Positions 25,144-35,776 of a DNA stretch of 64,000 bases are shown here, piece after piece. The notes beneath the pieces were generated by a model that was not told the DNA's origin, searched no databases, and worked only from the letters and a program-made list of their open reading frames with translations. Source of the DNA: Bdellovibrionales bacterium. Its GTDB lineage: Bacteria; Bdellovibrionota; Bdellovibrionia; Bdellovibrionales; UBA1609. The position numbers were made by a program, and so were the translations under genes. The DNA lies in NCBI GenBank assembly GCA_041391465.1, contig JAWKNX010000014.1, positions 14,958 through 78,957 of the forward strand. Reading direction: 5' to 3'. Positions within the stretch are counted from its first letter, which is position 1, and the number at the start of each line of letters is the position of its first letter.

Positions 25144-27726
25144 TCAATTACACTTGCTGCCTCCGCAATCAATGCATATAAAGCATCCCTCCCTGAGTTG
25201 AATGTTATTCGAATTGCAATCTGAACACTTAATGCCTTTAATTTCTGTCATATACTTTTTTAGAGTGCGTGCGATCGCCTTTGAAAAAGATGTAATGTTC
25301 CCCTCGCTCTTAATAAGTTGGGAAACGATAAACGCAATATCAGCGCCATGGCGGAGAGCTGTAGAAATCATTCGAGTTAGTGCCTCCTGCTCATCCGATT
25401 CAAAGAATTTACTTATATTTTCTATAGCCCAACCATCATCAGTTTCTAAATTGTAAATACCTGAGCCAGCTTTAATTAGTTTCCCCTTTTTAGGTTTAGG
25501 CGGAAGTAAAAGACGATCCTGTTTCATAGCAAAAACCTCATACGGATCACCATCGAGCAGTCCGACGACAACAACCCACTTTTGACCGCTAGTTGTAAGC
25601 GGGTGAATTTCACAATCTAACGACTTTGGTCGTGGAGTCGCTTGGGTCCGCTTCACGCCTAAGTTTTTCTGCACGGCTGTGCTTTCAGAAGAAAGCACAG
25701 CCATCATTGTGCCCTCTCGATAAGACGTACAACCCTTTATTGTCCTAGTCTGGTATACTTCCATATAAAGTCGCTTAAAATCATCATACGGATAGTCCTT
25801 AGATATATTCACGGTCTTGGACATGGCCGAATCAATATATTTTGAGAAAACCTCCATAGTTCGCACGTGATCATCAATTGATAGTTGGTATGAAGTTGCT
25901 GCCCAATCTGCATCAGGGTCCCAGGTCTTCATTTTGGTGTGATACTTGACAGCATAGTCTTGAATTGGTGACTCCTTCAAAAGACCTCGAGAGGCATCAA
26001 ATTTCCAAACTTGATTGTTAACCTTCGTAACTAAAATATCTTCACCGCCCTCTTTAACTCCAGTCCCATTCAGTAGTGCCCGGCTGCAGCTCAAATGTTT
26101 TCTCTCAGTTTATATTATTAGCACTGTCAATCCAATAGGAGCAAACGGTTGAATTGAGGTTCGAATATACTCGGTCATAAAAAGAGGTTCGAGACCACCA
26201 GATACATTATTCTGCCAGGACGGAGCTGTTTCCTGTAGGCTGAACGTTGAAAGCAAATGACTATTACGCAGTCCATATCGACGAATTTTTCCATTGTTTC
26301 TGGATTAAGTCGTTGTACAAACTGCCCAGCTAAGTATTTTTCACTTTCAAATGCGGGAAGGCCCCTTCTTTAGCTAGAAGCGCTGATGCTGAATATGCTT
26401 CATTCATCATAAAATCACAAAGCTCTTCTGTTAACTTCAGAGCCTTTTTTGAACCATAGCGAACTCTTTAGCATCATAAGAGCCGAACCATAGCCCAACA
26501 CACCCAAACCAATGCGACGTTTGTTTAATAGATTTTCTCTTTGTTCTAATAGCGGCACTAGTGTCTTGTCATTAACGTTATCCATAAAACGTACGGCTGT
26601 ATGAATGGACTCTTTAAGTTTAACTGTATCCCAAGTGCCCTGTTCGGCATCTATAAACTGTGTTAAATTAAGTGACCCAAGTAAGCAACATCCTCCGACT
26701 GGCAAGACCTGTTCGCCGCATGGTTTGTCGCATTGATATACTCGAGATAATATAAATTGTTGAGCCTATTAATAGTATCAGAGAACAAAACGCCCGGCTC
26801 ATTACGATTGTATGTCGACTTCATAATTAGGTCCCACAACTCTCCGGCGTTTTCGTACGTTTTGTACTTTTTAACGGGTAGCCCTCGGCTTTTCCAAGAC
26901 GTCAAGTTTCCATCCCAATACTTCTTGTATTCGCTTGGAACGAGCTCATAGTCTGGAAACTCAAGATGCCAAGGCAAAGAGTCTTGCACGGCGGTCATAA
27001 AATTATCGTCAACCAGAACTGACATGTTAAACTTTGTCAGGCGATTCGGAGTTTGTTTGGCAGTTATAAACTCCTCAATATCCGGGTGGAATAGGGACAT
27101 TGTCACCATCTGGGCACCTTTGCGAATTTTCGTTTTTCCTTTTGTAGTATTTTTATTGAAGCCACTCCCAGCCGTAATAACTGAGCTTTGAGTATCCCAC
27201 ATTTCAAGCAATTTTACCGCACCTGGCGAGTCCCCACCAATACCACTTACGTACGCACCACGCGGTCGCAAAACATCGGCACAAAAGCCATACCCCCCCT
27301 CGGACTTTAGAATCAAAGCCTGTCGCTTGAGTTCGTCCATAATACTATCCATTGAGTCTTGGTTTTCACCGCGAAAGCCGCTTACAAAGCAATTAATATA
27401 CGTCGTACCTTGAAGCCCAGTTCCTGCATTAGAAGTAATACGCCCACCAGGAACGAACTTGAAACCTTCAAGCAGATCAAGAAATTTATTCGCCCAAAAA
27501 ATTTGATTCTCGGTCTTTTCCACTGAGGCTAAATCTTTTGCAATAGCAAATGACGATCATTAATATCGGTCTCTCCCGCAAACTTGTAGGTAAGGTTAAA
27601 AACCTCCTCAGAAAAATCATTTGTAAATATTGTATTTCTTTTAGCCAAAATTAGCTCTCGTGACGATAAGCCCGCGACTGATGTTTTATTTATCTTTTTA
27701 TCTTCTTCTACATGGTCAGTATGCAC
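25144..27726 (-). pseudogene. nrdJ: class II (adenosylcobalamin-dependent) ribonucleotide reductase, multiply frameshifted
   Basis: Four track ORFs (27529-27726, 26663-27523, 26415-26705, 25144-26094) plus unlisted pieces are collinear with NrdJ: FVPGGRITSNAG, GGYGF..LRPRG, and NATN-PCGEQ broken by a 1-nt loss. C-terminal Zn ribbon CSDC...CIDC. At least five frame changes. Confidence 0.8.
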
Positions 27727-27824
27727 CGTGCCCCCTATGAACGTATTATATAAAAATTGTATTACAAATAATCTTACATCCTAGTTTATTATTTTTTAAA
27801 ATTGAGAAAGGACTCGTTGCGTTT

Positions 27825-27838
27825 ATGATCAAGGTCAT
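27825..27838. promoter_or_regulatory. FNR/Dnr-type box ATGATCAAGGTCAT
   Basis: About 105 nt upstream of the nrdJ start. Overlaps the hemJ stop codon. Confidence 0.5.
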
Positions 27839-28266
27839 AAGACCGGCTTCAGAAAAACTAAAACCATGATCAAAATAAGAATGGCTGTCGGAATCTCGTT
27901 TAATATTCGACATTGTCTTGAATTCAAGACTCGTCGCCCACAGGCAAGTTGGCGATAAATATAGTAGGAAAACGTATGGTAGCCAAGTAGAACAAAAACT
28001 GCGATTAACTTTATTTGCATCCAAGTTTGCGTTAAAAGTGAGAAGCTTTTCATAATCATTAAAATACCAAAAAAAATCACCAGAATAGCTGCGGGAAGCA
28101 TGATAAATAAAAGCAGCTTTCTCTCCATGGTTTCAAAAACCCTGCGGGTTTCAACAGACCTCCAATTTTCAATGTGATATACAAAGAGTCGAAATATATA
28201 AAATAGACCTGCAAACCAACTTACTATGAAGATCAAATGAAGTGCTTTTAGAAAGTCATAGTCCAT
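27835..28266 (-). CDS. hemJ: HemJ-type protoporphyrinogen IX oxidase (UPF0093 membrane protein)
   Basis: 143 aa, 4 TM. N-terminus FLKALHLIFIVSWFAGLFYIFRLFVYH matches the HemJ signature. Confidence 0.7.
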   Translation of the reverse strand: MDYDFLKALHLIFIVSWFAGLFYIFRLFVYHIENWRSVETRRVFETMERKLLLFIMLPAAILVIFFGILMIMKSFSLLTQTWMQIKLIAVFVLLGYHTFSYYIYRQLACGRRVLNSRQCRILNEIPTAILILIMVLVFLKPVL

Positions 28267-28271
28267 AACAA

Positions 28272-29615
28272 TTAAACGCCGGATGAGTATGTATTTACAA
28301 TTTGCTCTTGATTCAAGTACTCATCTAATGAAGCACAAATATTTCGTATAAATGGTCGCCCACGCTCTGTAATTGACAGTTCATTTAATTTCAATTCAAC
28401 AAGCCCATCACTGAGAAAGGATCGCAGCTTACCGAGCAAAAATTCATTACTTACAATCGCAGTCTTTTGTTTAGTCATTAGATTTAAAATTTGGCCCTGA
28501 ACAAGTTTATCATTTTCACTTAGTTTATGACTGCGAAGCGCAGTAAAATCCATTTTCTTCAAATTATCTAGGTATACACTATACTCTTTCTGATTTTGTC
28601 TAAAGCCTACGGCGGTGCTAGAAATAGCACTAACGCCTAGGCCCAGCACTAAGTCGGTTTCATACTCTGTATAACCCATAAAATTGCGATGTAATGTGCC
28701 TGCCACTAGAGATTTCGCCATCGAGTCTGTCGGTAAAGAAAAATGATCAATGCCAACTTCGACGTATCCTGCATTTAAGAGTAGATGTCTAGATAGTTCA
28801 TATAAATCTCGTTTGACTTGGCCGCGGGGCAAATCCTCATCCTTAAACAAGTGTTGAGCTGGTTTTATCCATGGCACAACAGCAAGGCTATAAAGAGCAA
28901 TGCGTTCTGGCAAAAGACAAATCACTTTTTCAATAGTCTCTCGGATACTGTTTTTGGTTTGGCCCGGTAAGCCATAAATTAGGTCAAAATTTGTGGACTT
29001 GTAGCCCAATTCCCTTGCCTGGCGCAAACACTCTTCTACGCAACTGAGCGGCTGTATTCGGTTAATTAATGTCTGTACTTTTTCATTAAAGTCCTGAACC
29101 CCAATTGAAACCCTGTTAAGCCCGAACTTCTTTAATACCTCTAGGTGCTCACGCCTACAACGTCGCGGATCTACCTCAACAGCCCCTTCAACCTCTCCAT
29201 CGGACCATTTTAAATGAGCAAATAAGGTACTCAATATTTTGTTTAAGTTCTCAGGAGAAAAAAAGGTCGGTGATCCACCCCCAAGATGCAGCTGCCTTAA
29301 GGGGGCCATCTTAATATCTGGTACTTTCTGAATATACCAAGACAACTCTTCTTCTAGGGCTTGGATATATACAATTTCTTTCTTGTGATCCTTTGTAATT
29401 ATATTGTTGCAGCCACAGAAAGTACACAGCGTTTCACAGAATGGAAGATGAAGGTATAGGCTCCAATTAGCACTGTCTTTAGAAAAAACTGAGCGCAAGC
29501 TAGCTACCCACTCATCGGTATCTAAGTTATTCTTCCAGTTGGGTATTGCTGGATAGCTGGTATATCTTGGGACCGGGATGTCATACTTTTTGATGAGCGA
29601 AAAAAAATGATCCAT
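28272..29615 (-). CDS. hemN: oxygen-independent coproporphyrinogen III oxidase (radical SAM)
   Basis: 447 aa with PRYTSYP, CETLCTFCGC (CxxxCxxC) and a GGGSPTF motif. Confidence 0.9.
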   Translation of the reverse strand: MDHFFSLIKKYDIPVPRYTSYPAIPNWKNNLDTDEWVASLRSVFSKDSANWSLYLHLPFCETLCTFCGCNNIITKDHKKEIVYIQALEEELSWYIQKVPDIKMAPLRQLHLGGGSPTFFSPENLNKILSTLFAHLKWSDGEVEGAVEVDPRRCRREHLEVLKKFGLNRVSIGVQDFNEKVQTLINRIQPLSCVEECLRQARELGYKSTNFDLIYGLPGQTKNSIRETIEKVICLLPERIALYSLAVVPWIKPAQHLFKDEDLPRGQVKRDLYELSRHLLLNAGYVEVGIDHFSLPTDSMAKSLVAGTLHRNFMGYTEYETDLVLGLGVSAISSTAVGFRQNQKEYSVYLDNLKKMDFTALRSHKLSENDKLVQGQILNLMTKQKTAIVSNEFLLGKLRSFLSDGLVELKLNELSITERGRPFIRNICASLDEYLNQEQIVNTYSSGV

Positions 29616-29648
29616 GGCATACGTTAAATCAACTTGGATTGAGTTGCA

Positions 29649-29662
29649 TTGACCTAGATCAT
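29649..29662. promoter_or_regulatory. FNR/Dnr-type box TTGACCTAGATCAT
   Basis: In the hemN/DGC divergent region, about 41 nt from each start codon. Confidence 0.6.
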
Positions 29663-29697
29663 ACTTGCTTTCTTAAAAAGCCTGATAAAATCACTTT

Positions 29698-30081
29698 ATG
29701 ACATTAAAAATACCTACGGTTTACTCTTGCTCTGGATGCTCTTCTGCCGCTCAAATGGCGAACCATCTTGCAATTCAATTGGATCGCATTGGTGAAGCCC
29801 AAATGAGCTGTATTGCAGGGGTTGGTGGAGACGTTGGATCTCTAGTGCGTGCTGCAAAAAATTCTGAATTTATCATCACTATAGATGGATGCCCGCTGAA
29901 ATGTTGTCAGGCTTGTCTCCGCAAGCATCAGCTAAAGGCCAAAATGCAAATCGTATTATCAGACTACAAAATTGAAAGGAGACTTCATCAAGACTTCTCC
30001 CAAGAGGAAGCGAAGCATCTATTGCTGAACATTCGCGAAAGATTAAAGACCATTCGAAATTCTGAAGGAAATTGTGAATAA
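29698..30081 (+). CDS. DGC-domain putative zinc-binding protein
   Basis: SCSGCSSAAQMAN ... IDGCPLKCC resembles the DGC family pattern. Confidence 0.6.
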   Translation: MTLKIPTVYSCSGCSSAAQMANHLAIQLDRIGEAQMSCIAGVGGDVGSLVRAAKNSEFIITIDGCPLKCCQACLRKHQLKAKMQIVLSDYKIERRLHQDFSQEEAKHLLLNIRERLKTIRNSEGNCE

Positions 30082-30123
30082 CGGCGGAAATTGAATGCCA
30101 ATTTGAATTTGAAAAAATCTTTT

Positions 30124-30927
30124 TCATGGAAAGCAGCTACTGTCTTTGGCCAATGTCCAGTCCCAAGAATTAAACCCCAACATTAAAAGCTTCACGGCAG
30201 CGACCACCATTACAACTCCAAGTACCTTCTGAATTTTATTGTTCGAAAACTTAGACACACCAAAGTGGGTGCCCACAATTGCACCTAAAATCACGGCAAC
30301 TACCCAAAGTGCCGATAGTCTGAAGTCGAAAAATTGACTTGATTTAAAAATTCCAGCCAAAGCGAAAATTGAATTGGCTAGAACAAAAACGACTGACAAG
30401 CCTGCGGCTTTTTTCGGATCAGCCCAATTCATCTTAAGAATTAGAGGGGTAAAAAAGACGGCTCCGCCGGTACCCGTAATTCCGGATAGACACCCAATCA
30501 CTCCACCCCAAAATAAAGACGCAAACAACGACGCTTCTTTCATGGATGCAGATTCACTTTTGACAGAGCGACTAAGTAAGAGTTTTGAGCCGGAAAATAG
30601 TAAGACCAAACCCAGTGCAAGGTAGAAATACTTTTTTTCTACATTTAATTGAGCAGCCCAATAAGCTGATGGCATAGAGGTGATTAGAAATGGACCTACG
30701 ACTTTAAGATTTACTAGTCCAGCCTTTTGAAAACGATATAGCCCAATCGAACCCACAACTAGATTTAGCATCAATGAAGTCGGCCTCATTAATACAGGGG
30801 CAATATTAAAAAGTGCCATCACTGCAGAATAACCACTGGCGCCCGCATGACCTACAGAAGAGTATACGACTGCTACGACAAAAAACAAAAATGCCATTAT
30901 TAGGTGATCGATCTGCACGGCGTCCAT
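30124..30927 (-). CDS. TauE/SafE-family (DUF81) anion exporter membrane protein
   Basis: 267 aa, about 8 TM, Gly-rich repeats (GHAGASG, GTGGAVF). Confidence 0.75.
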   Translation of the reverse strand: MDAVQIDHLIMAFLFFVVAVVYSSVGHAGASGYSAVMALFNIAPVLMRPTSLMLNLVVGSIGLYRFQKAGLVNLKVVGPFLITSMPSAYWAAQLNVEKKYFYLALGLVLLFSGSKLLLSRSVKSESASMKEASLFASLFWGGVIGCLSGITGTGGAVFFTPLILKMNWADPKKAAGLSVVFVLANSIFALAGIFKSSQFFDFRLSALWVVAVILGAIVGTHFGVSKFSNNKIQKVLGVVMVVAAVKLLMLGFNSWDWTLAKDSSCFP

Positions 30928-30929
30928 AC

Positions 30930-31271
30930 TTAAATGCTTTTGTCCTTTGATCTTTTTTCTTCATGACGCAACCTTTTGTCTTTGTCCCATCGGTCTACCT
31001 GCAAGCTGATTCCATCGACAATAATATCTTTATTACTTGAGCTAGAAAATAGAATATCACTGTCCTTTAGGGTCAACCCTACAACTAACTTTTGACCCTC
31101 TGAATGAACGTAAGAAGTTGATGAAGCTGTGTCGAAACAAATGCTTACTTGAAAAACAAAAGATCCAAAACTAAACGACTGGATTAAGCGCCTAGTGTTT
31201 TTCCAATTTGTGATGTCTTCTTCATTAAGTCGAATGCGAACTTCTTTATCGAGTCTGATATTCATAGACAC
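30930..31271 (-). CDS. hypothetical protein
   Basis: 113-aa ORF in operon position between moeB-fusion and tauE-like genes. No motif recognised. Confidence 0.4.
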   Translation of the reverse strand: MSMNIRLDKEVRIRLNEEDITNWKNTRRLIQSFSFGSFVFQVSICFDTASSTSYVHSEGQKLVVGLTLKDSDILFSSSSNKDIIVDGISLQVDRWDKDKRLRHEEKRSKDKSI

Positions 31272-32823
31272 TCCTTTTTGAGCACTGAATATTTTTATAA
31301 TTCATTTTCTGAAGTATTTCCTTAGCCCTCTCTGCTCGCACGCCAGCCTTACAAATTAAAATAACCTCACGATCCAAAGTAAAATCAGGGACCCTACCGT
31401 TCTCAAGCTCACTCAAAGGAAGATGGCTACTGCCTTCGATATGAAACTCGCTCCACTCATTTTTTTCTCTCACATCAACTAACAACGCAGAGGATCTATA
31501 ATTACAGTCGACCGGATTGGCCTCAAAAATTGCATCTTCGTTAAAGGTGGCTTTATGACATTGGCATGTTGGGCGAAGATTAATTCTAAGACTTCGATAA
31601 CTGTAGTCATAAAAATTGTAAAAGTTCACTCTACCAATGAGGGGAGTCAATTCGTCATTTCGACTTATTAGGACTTTCATTGCCTCCATGGCTTGAAGGG
31701 ATCCAATGGTTCCAACGACTGGGCCAATGACCCCAGCTTCGGCACAATTCTGAATTTTTGATTTGGGAACTGAAGGGTATAAACACCTGTAACAGGCCCC
31801 CTTAGAGCTCCAGAAAACACCAACTTGGCCCTCAAACTGAGAAATTGCACCGTAAATCATTGATTTGTCATACAAAGCGCAGACATCGTTGATTAAAAAT
31901 TTGCTTTCGAAGTTGTCTGTGCAATCTATGATCAAATCAGATGTCGCGAACAAATCTAAAGCCAATTTTTTATCTAAGAAAACCGGAACAGAACTTACAT
32001 CCACTTCATGGTTAATCATCTTAATCTTTTGTGATAATACTTCTGCTTTATTTTTTCCAATGTCATCATCGGTAAATAGAATTTGTCGATGCAGATTCGT
32101 GATACTTACTGTATCACCATCGACAATTTTAATGCCTCCAACCCCCATAGCTGCCAGATATTGGGCCACAGGATGCCCAAGACCACCAGCACCAATGATT
32201 AGTACTTTAGAGCTTAAAAGCTTAACCTGCCCTGCGTTTCCAATCTGAGGTAAGATCGTTTGTCTAATGTATCGCTGCATTCCAGTCCTCCGGCGTATTA
32301 AGGTTTGCGAAAAACTTTCTGGCTCTGGACCAATCTCGTTTACCTCAAGTTTATTAAAAAGAGTTTTGAATGAATTTCGGTGACAAGTCTCTTCAGTCGT
32401 TTTGATTTCTTCCATAAATTTGATTACTGCGCTTAGATCATAAATGACAAATGGGAGCTGCTGACCTTTAAACTTTGTAATTGGATGATCATATTTAGAA
32501 TGAAGAAGTTTTCTTAAAATATCCTCGGTTAAGAATGGCATATCAACTGGAACCACTAGAAGAGCCTGGTTTCGCTTATTTTTAAGCAAATGGTGAATCA
32601 CAGAGCGCAGACCCTCCATCGGACCCATGTTAGGCTCAATATCTTTAACGTGTAGATATTCCGGACGATCACCACTTACAATGACGTGGCCTTCGCCAAG
32701 AAGGGCCACTAACTTTTTAAACTGGCTGTGCAACAAGCTGACTCCACCAACAGGCAGCAAAGCTTTATCTTGCTTCATGCGAGTGGATTTCCCTCCCGCA
32801 AGAATGACCCCTACCATTTTCAT
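31246..32823 (-). CDS. moeB: MobA - MoeB/ThiF - rhodanese triple-domain fusion (Moco guanylyltransferase + MoaD adenylyltransferase/sulfurtransferase)
   Basis: Start set at MKMVGVILAGGKSTRM (MobA). Mid-region GAGGLGHPVAQYLAAMGVG..NLHRQ and CYRC (MoeB). C-terminal LLVDVRE...ICKAGVR (rhodanese Cys). Confidence 0.8.
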   Translation of the reverse strand: MKMVGVILAGGKSTRMKQDKALLPVGGVSLLHSQFKKLVALLGEGHVIVSGDRPEYLHVKDIEPNMGPMEGLRSVIHHLLKNKRNQALLVVPVDMPFLTEDILRKLLHSKYDHPITKFKGQQLPFVIYDLSAVIKFMEEIKTTEETCHRNSFKTLFNKLEVNEIGPEPESFSQTLIRRRTGMQRYIRQTILPQIGNAGQVKLLSSKVLIIGAGGLGHPVAQYLAAMGVGGIKIVDGDTVSITNLHRQILFTDDDIGKNKAEVLSQKIKMINHEVDVSSVPVFLDKKLALDLFATSDLIIDCTDNFESKFLINDVCALYDKSMIYGAISQFEGQVGVFWSSKGACYRCLYPSVPKSKIQNCAEAGVIGPVVGTIGSLQAMEAMKVLISRNDELTPLIGRVNFYNFYDYSYRSLRINLRPTCQCHKATFNEDAIFEANPVDCNYRSSALLVDVREKNEWSEFHIEGSSHLPLSELENGRVPDFTLDREVILICKAGVRAERAKEILQKMNYKNIQCSKRSVYEYQTR

Positions 32824-33289
32824 GATGATCAACCTTTCTATGCTGACAAAGTGCATGACCGCGAACCCAATCTGTTTCACCATTTTCGTAAAACTCTTTT
32901 TTCCAAATTGGAGCGCGAACTTTTATTTCTTCAATAATGTATCTTGTTATCCTGTAAGCCTCATCGCGGTGGCCTGTTGTCGCAAAGATGACGACACTGG
33001 CTTCGCCAACTTCGACCTTGCCATGTCGATGAACAATTAAAATATTTGCATCGGTGCACCACTTATCTTGGGCCTCTTTCGCAATATCAAAGAATGTTTT
33101 TTCACAAAGTGGAATAAAACAGTCGTATTCCATTTTTATAACGGTCTTTCCTAAATTTAAATTTCTGACAATGCCTACAAATGAATTCATTGCACCATGA
33201 CCAAGCGAAGGCTTGAAGCTGATGAGCTCACTCATATCCAGTGAACTTGTTGTAACCCTGACATCAATATTACCCATGTCAGCCCCCAC
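32765..33289 (-). CDS. moaE: molybdopterin synthase catalytic subunit with His/Cys-rich C-terminal tail
   Basis: GAMNSFVGIVRN...MEYDCF...APIWKKE. The roughly 40-aa tail (CQHRKVDHHENGRGHSCGREIHSH) overlaps the next gene by 59 nt. Confidence 0.75.
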   Translation of the reverse strand: MGADMGNIDVRVTTSSLDMSELISFKPSLGHGAMNSFVGIVRNLNLGKTVIKMEYDCFIPLCEKTFFDIAKEAQDKWCTDANILIVHRHGKVEVGEASVVIFATTGHRDEAYRITRYIIEEIKVRAPIWKKEFYENGETDWVRGHALCQHRKVDHHENGRGHSCGREIHSHEAR

Positions 33290-33545
33290 AAACTGGCGGC
33301 AATAATGCCAAGTGATTCAGATCCTTGATGATGTCGTCTTCGGCAAGGACTTCAGATTCCGTTGCAAGTGCAGACTCATAAACAAGGTTAGAATCTTTAA
33401 ATTCTGAGGACAAACTCTGAATCTCGCATTTAACTATTTCCTTAAGCTGGGCCACAGTAAGGTGGCTTGGAACTTGAACCTTCATGCCTCCGGATGAAAC
33501 AAATTGTCGAAATGCTCCAAACAGTCTAATTTCAATTTCGTTCAT
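33279..33545 (-). CDS. moaD: molybdopterin synthase sulfur-carrier subunit
   Basis: 88 aa, ubiquitin-like size, ending in ...PPVCGG (C-terminal Gly-Gly). Confidence 0.75.
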   Translation of the reverse strand: MNEIEIRLFGAFRQFVSSGGMKVQVPSHLTVAQLKEIVKCEIQSLSSEFKDSNLVYESALATESEVLAEDDIIKDLNHLALLPPVCGG

Positions 33546-34786
33546 AAAGTATATACCTCCACTTTAGTTCCTTTCTTAACAATCGATCCAGCCTCGGGGA
33601 ATACCACCCACGCATTCGAACGAATAAATGGACTCACCATAAAAGAAGCTTGTCCTTGTAGAGCCTCGACTCGTGTTTCTGGATGTTGAAAATCAACTTT
33701 TGCTTTGAAAAAACATTTTAATCCCTCTGGCTTTTTCATATCAGAATCTAAAATTGCCTTAATTGGGATTTCAGTAGACCCTAACAGTAAAAAATCTAGA
33801 AACGGCTTTACAAAAAACTTTAAGCCAACAGCAGTAGATACTGGATTTCCAGGCACGCCAAAAATAAAACGAATTCTGCCATTATAGTTAAGTGAAGCGA
33901 ATAAAACAGGCTTACCTGGTCTTATTGCACATTTATGAAAGTGAATTTCTGCACCCAAGTTTTCTAGTACAGGTCTTACAAAATCATGAACGCCCATACT
34001 AACGGCCCCAGTACTAATTAAAATATCACAGTCATCGTCGAATATTTTTTTCAGCTCCTGAACATAAAGTTCGGGATCATCTTGAATAATTCCATAATTT
34101 CTAACCTTTAAGTAAGGAACAGAGATCGCTGCTTCTAGATAAACACCAGTTGAATTGCGAATTTGGCCCGGCCTAAGCTCTTTAGTATCATGAGGAACAA
34201 TTTCCTTACCCGTTGAGAGTATCCCAACATTAATTGCTTTCTTAACCTTCACTAGGGAAACCCCTTGGGATGCAAGTGATAGCAAATGCTCGTTTGATAT
34301 GCGCATGCCTTTTGTAAATAAAATATCGCCGATTTTAGTGTCTTCTCCCTTTCGACGGATGTTGTCTCCAATTTTAGGTTTTGTCTTTAGTCTGATGAAC
34401 TCGTTACCAGACCCATCCTTTTTTTGCTCCACATCTTCAACTCGAACCACGGAATCAAAATAGGCATCAGGAATCGGCGCTCCTGTCATAATTTGAATTG
34501 CACTAAATACTTTTTTTACACTGATGTTACTATCGCCGGCACTAATCAGTGTTTGGACTGGAATCCAATCACCACTTCGTTCACTCTCGCTGTCAAGAGC
34601 TGCGACATTGACGGCAAATCCATCCATTGCGGAATTGTCAAACGGAGGATTGTTTTCTGCCGCAACTATGTCTTCCGCTAGAATACGACCGACAGATTGA
34701 TTCAATTGTATAGTTTCCGTTTGTGTGTGCGGGTACTTCACAGACATTTTTTTTAAAATTGCTAAACTCTCGTCATACATTATCAT
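33542..34786 (-). CDS. moeA: molybdopterin molybdotransferase
   Basis: 414 aa with FDNSAMDGFAV, STGKEI, ISTGAVSMG and GNPVS motifs. Confidence 0.9.
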   Translation of the reverse strand: MIMYDESLAILKKMSVKYPHTQTETIQLNQSVGRILAEDIVAAENNPPFDNSAMDGFAVNVAALDSESERSGDWIPVQTLISAGDSNISVKKVFSAIQIMTGAPIPDAYFDSVVRVEDVEQKKDGSGNEFIRLKTKPKIGDNIRRKGEDTKIGDILFTKGMRISNEHLLSLASQGVSLVKVKKAINVGILSTGKEIVPHDTKELRPGQIRNSTGVYLEAAISVPYLKVRNYGIIQDDPELYVQELKKIFDDDCDILISTGAVSMGVHDFVRPVLENLGAEIHFHKCAIRPGKPVLFASLNYNGRIRFIFGVPGNPVSTAVGLKFFVKPFLDFLLLGSTEIPIKAILDSDMKKPEGLKCFFKAKVDFQHPETRVEALQGQASFMVSPFIRSNAWVVFPEAGSIVKKGTKVEVYTL

Positions 34787-34804
34787 TGTTAAACTCCTTT
34801 ATAT

Positions 34805-35776
34805 TTAATGATGGGATTCTCCACGCATCATTCTCACGGCATGAGGTATCAGAGAGCCAACACAGTCAAGACCCTGCTTAACAGCCTTCGGACTGCCGGG
34901 AAAAAGAACAACTAGGACATTTTTCACAACATACGCCGATGATCGAGATAACCACGCAGCTTTCGTGTAATGAGAACCAAACTGTCTTTGAAGCTCACCA
35001 AAGCCGACAAGTTCTTTCGACGAAATATCTTTGATAGTATCAGGGGTGATGTCGCGATTAGAAATGCCCGTACCACCAGTTAGTAGAAGAATATCCACTT
35101 TTCTTTCTACAGACTCATTAACGAGCCTTCGAAGAGCTTCAGGTTCATCCGGTATAATTTTGTAGAACTCTTCTTTTCCCGATCTTTTTGAGCAAAACTC
35201 TCTTAGCAGAGTGCCAGATTGATCATCGTAAATACCTTGACTGGCACGATCACTAAGAGTTCCCACGGAAAATCTAAGTCCCTGAAAAGAATTGTCACAC
35301 GTGGGAGGGCTCTTCTGGGCCGAGGCCAATTTGGGATGCGTCCACACTCCTGACTTTCCACCTTCTTTTTTCTGCAAATAGACATCCGTGATTTCAATAA
35401 CAGGATCAACGGCTTTCGCTAAATCGTAAATAGTCAATAAACAGACATTTAGGCCTGTTAAAGCTTCCATTTCTACGCCTGTTTTAGCACTGCAAATGAC
35501 CTCACAACTGGCATGCACTTCAGTCTCTTCAATTTCAAACCAGATCCTTACTGAATCCAGAATCAGCGGATGACAAAGCGGCAGAAGATTCGATGTGTTT
35601 TTCGCGGCCATAATCCCAGCCACTTCCGCAATAGAAAGAATGTTTCCCTTTGGCGAGTCTCCTTTGAGTATCATTTGCATCGTGACGGGACTCAGACGAA
35701 TTGTGCCCGTAGCAACGGCTTTACGACGAGTAGTTTCTTTATCGCCCACATCAATCATTCGATAATTTTGTTTCAT
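34805..35776 (-). CDS. moaC: MoaC - MoaB/MogA fusion (cPMP synthase + MPT adenylyltransferase-like domain)
   Basis: N-terminal half AGIMAAKNTSNLLPLCHPL (MoaC). C-terminal half TLSDRASQG...LLLTGGTGISNRD (MogA/MoaB fold). Confidence 0.85.
   Translation of the reverse strand: MKQNYRMIDVGDKETTRRKAVATGTIRLSPVTMQMILKGDSPKGNILSIAEVAGIMAAKNTSNLLPLCHPLILDSVRIWFEIEETEVHASCEVICSAKTGVEMEALTGLNVCLLTIYDLAKAVDPVIEITDVYLQKKEGGKSGVWTHPKLASAQKSPPTCDNSFQGLRFSVGTLSDRASQGIYDDQSGTLLREFCSKRSGKEEFYKIIPDEPEALRRLVNESVERKVDILLLTGGTGISNRDITPDTIKDISSKELVGFGELQRQFGSHYTKAAWLSRSSAYVVKNVLVVLFPGSPKAVKQGLDCVGSLIPHAVRMMRGESHH

Noticed and set aside
27727-27834. Cobalamin riboswitch upstream of the B12-dependent nrdJ
   Set aside because: The leader is short and very AT-rich. 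I saw no B12-box-like conserved core. Only the FNR-like palindrome stands out.
27746-28024. Track ORF overlapping hemJ in another frame
   Set aside because: It is fully nested in the well-supported HemJ gene and its sequence is low-complexity.
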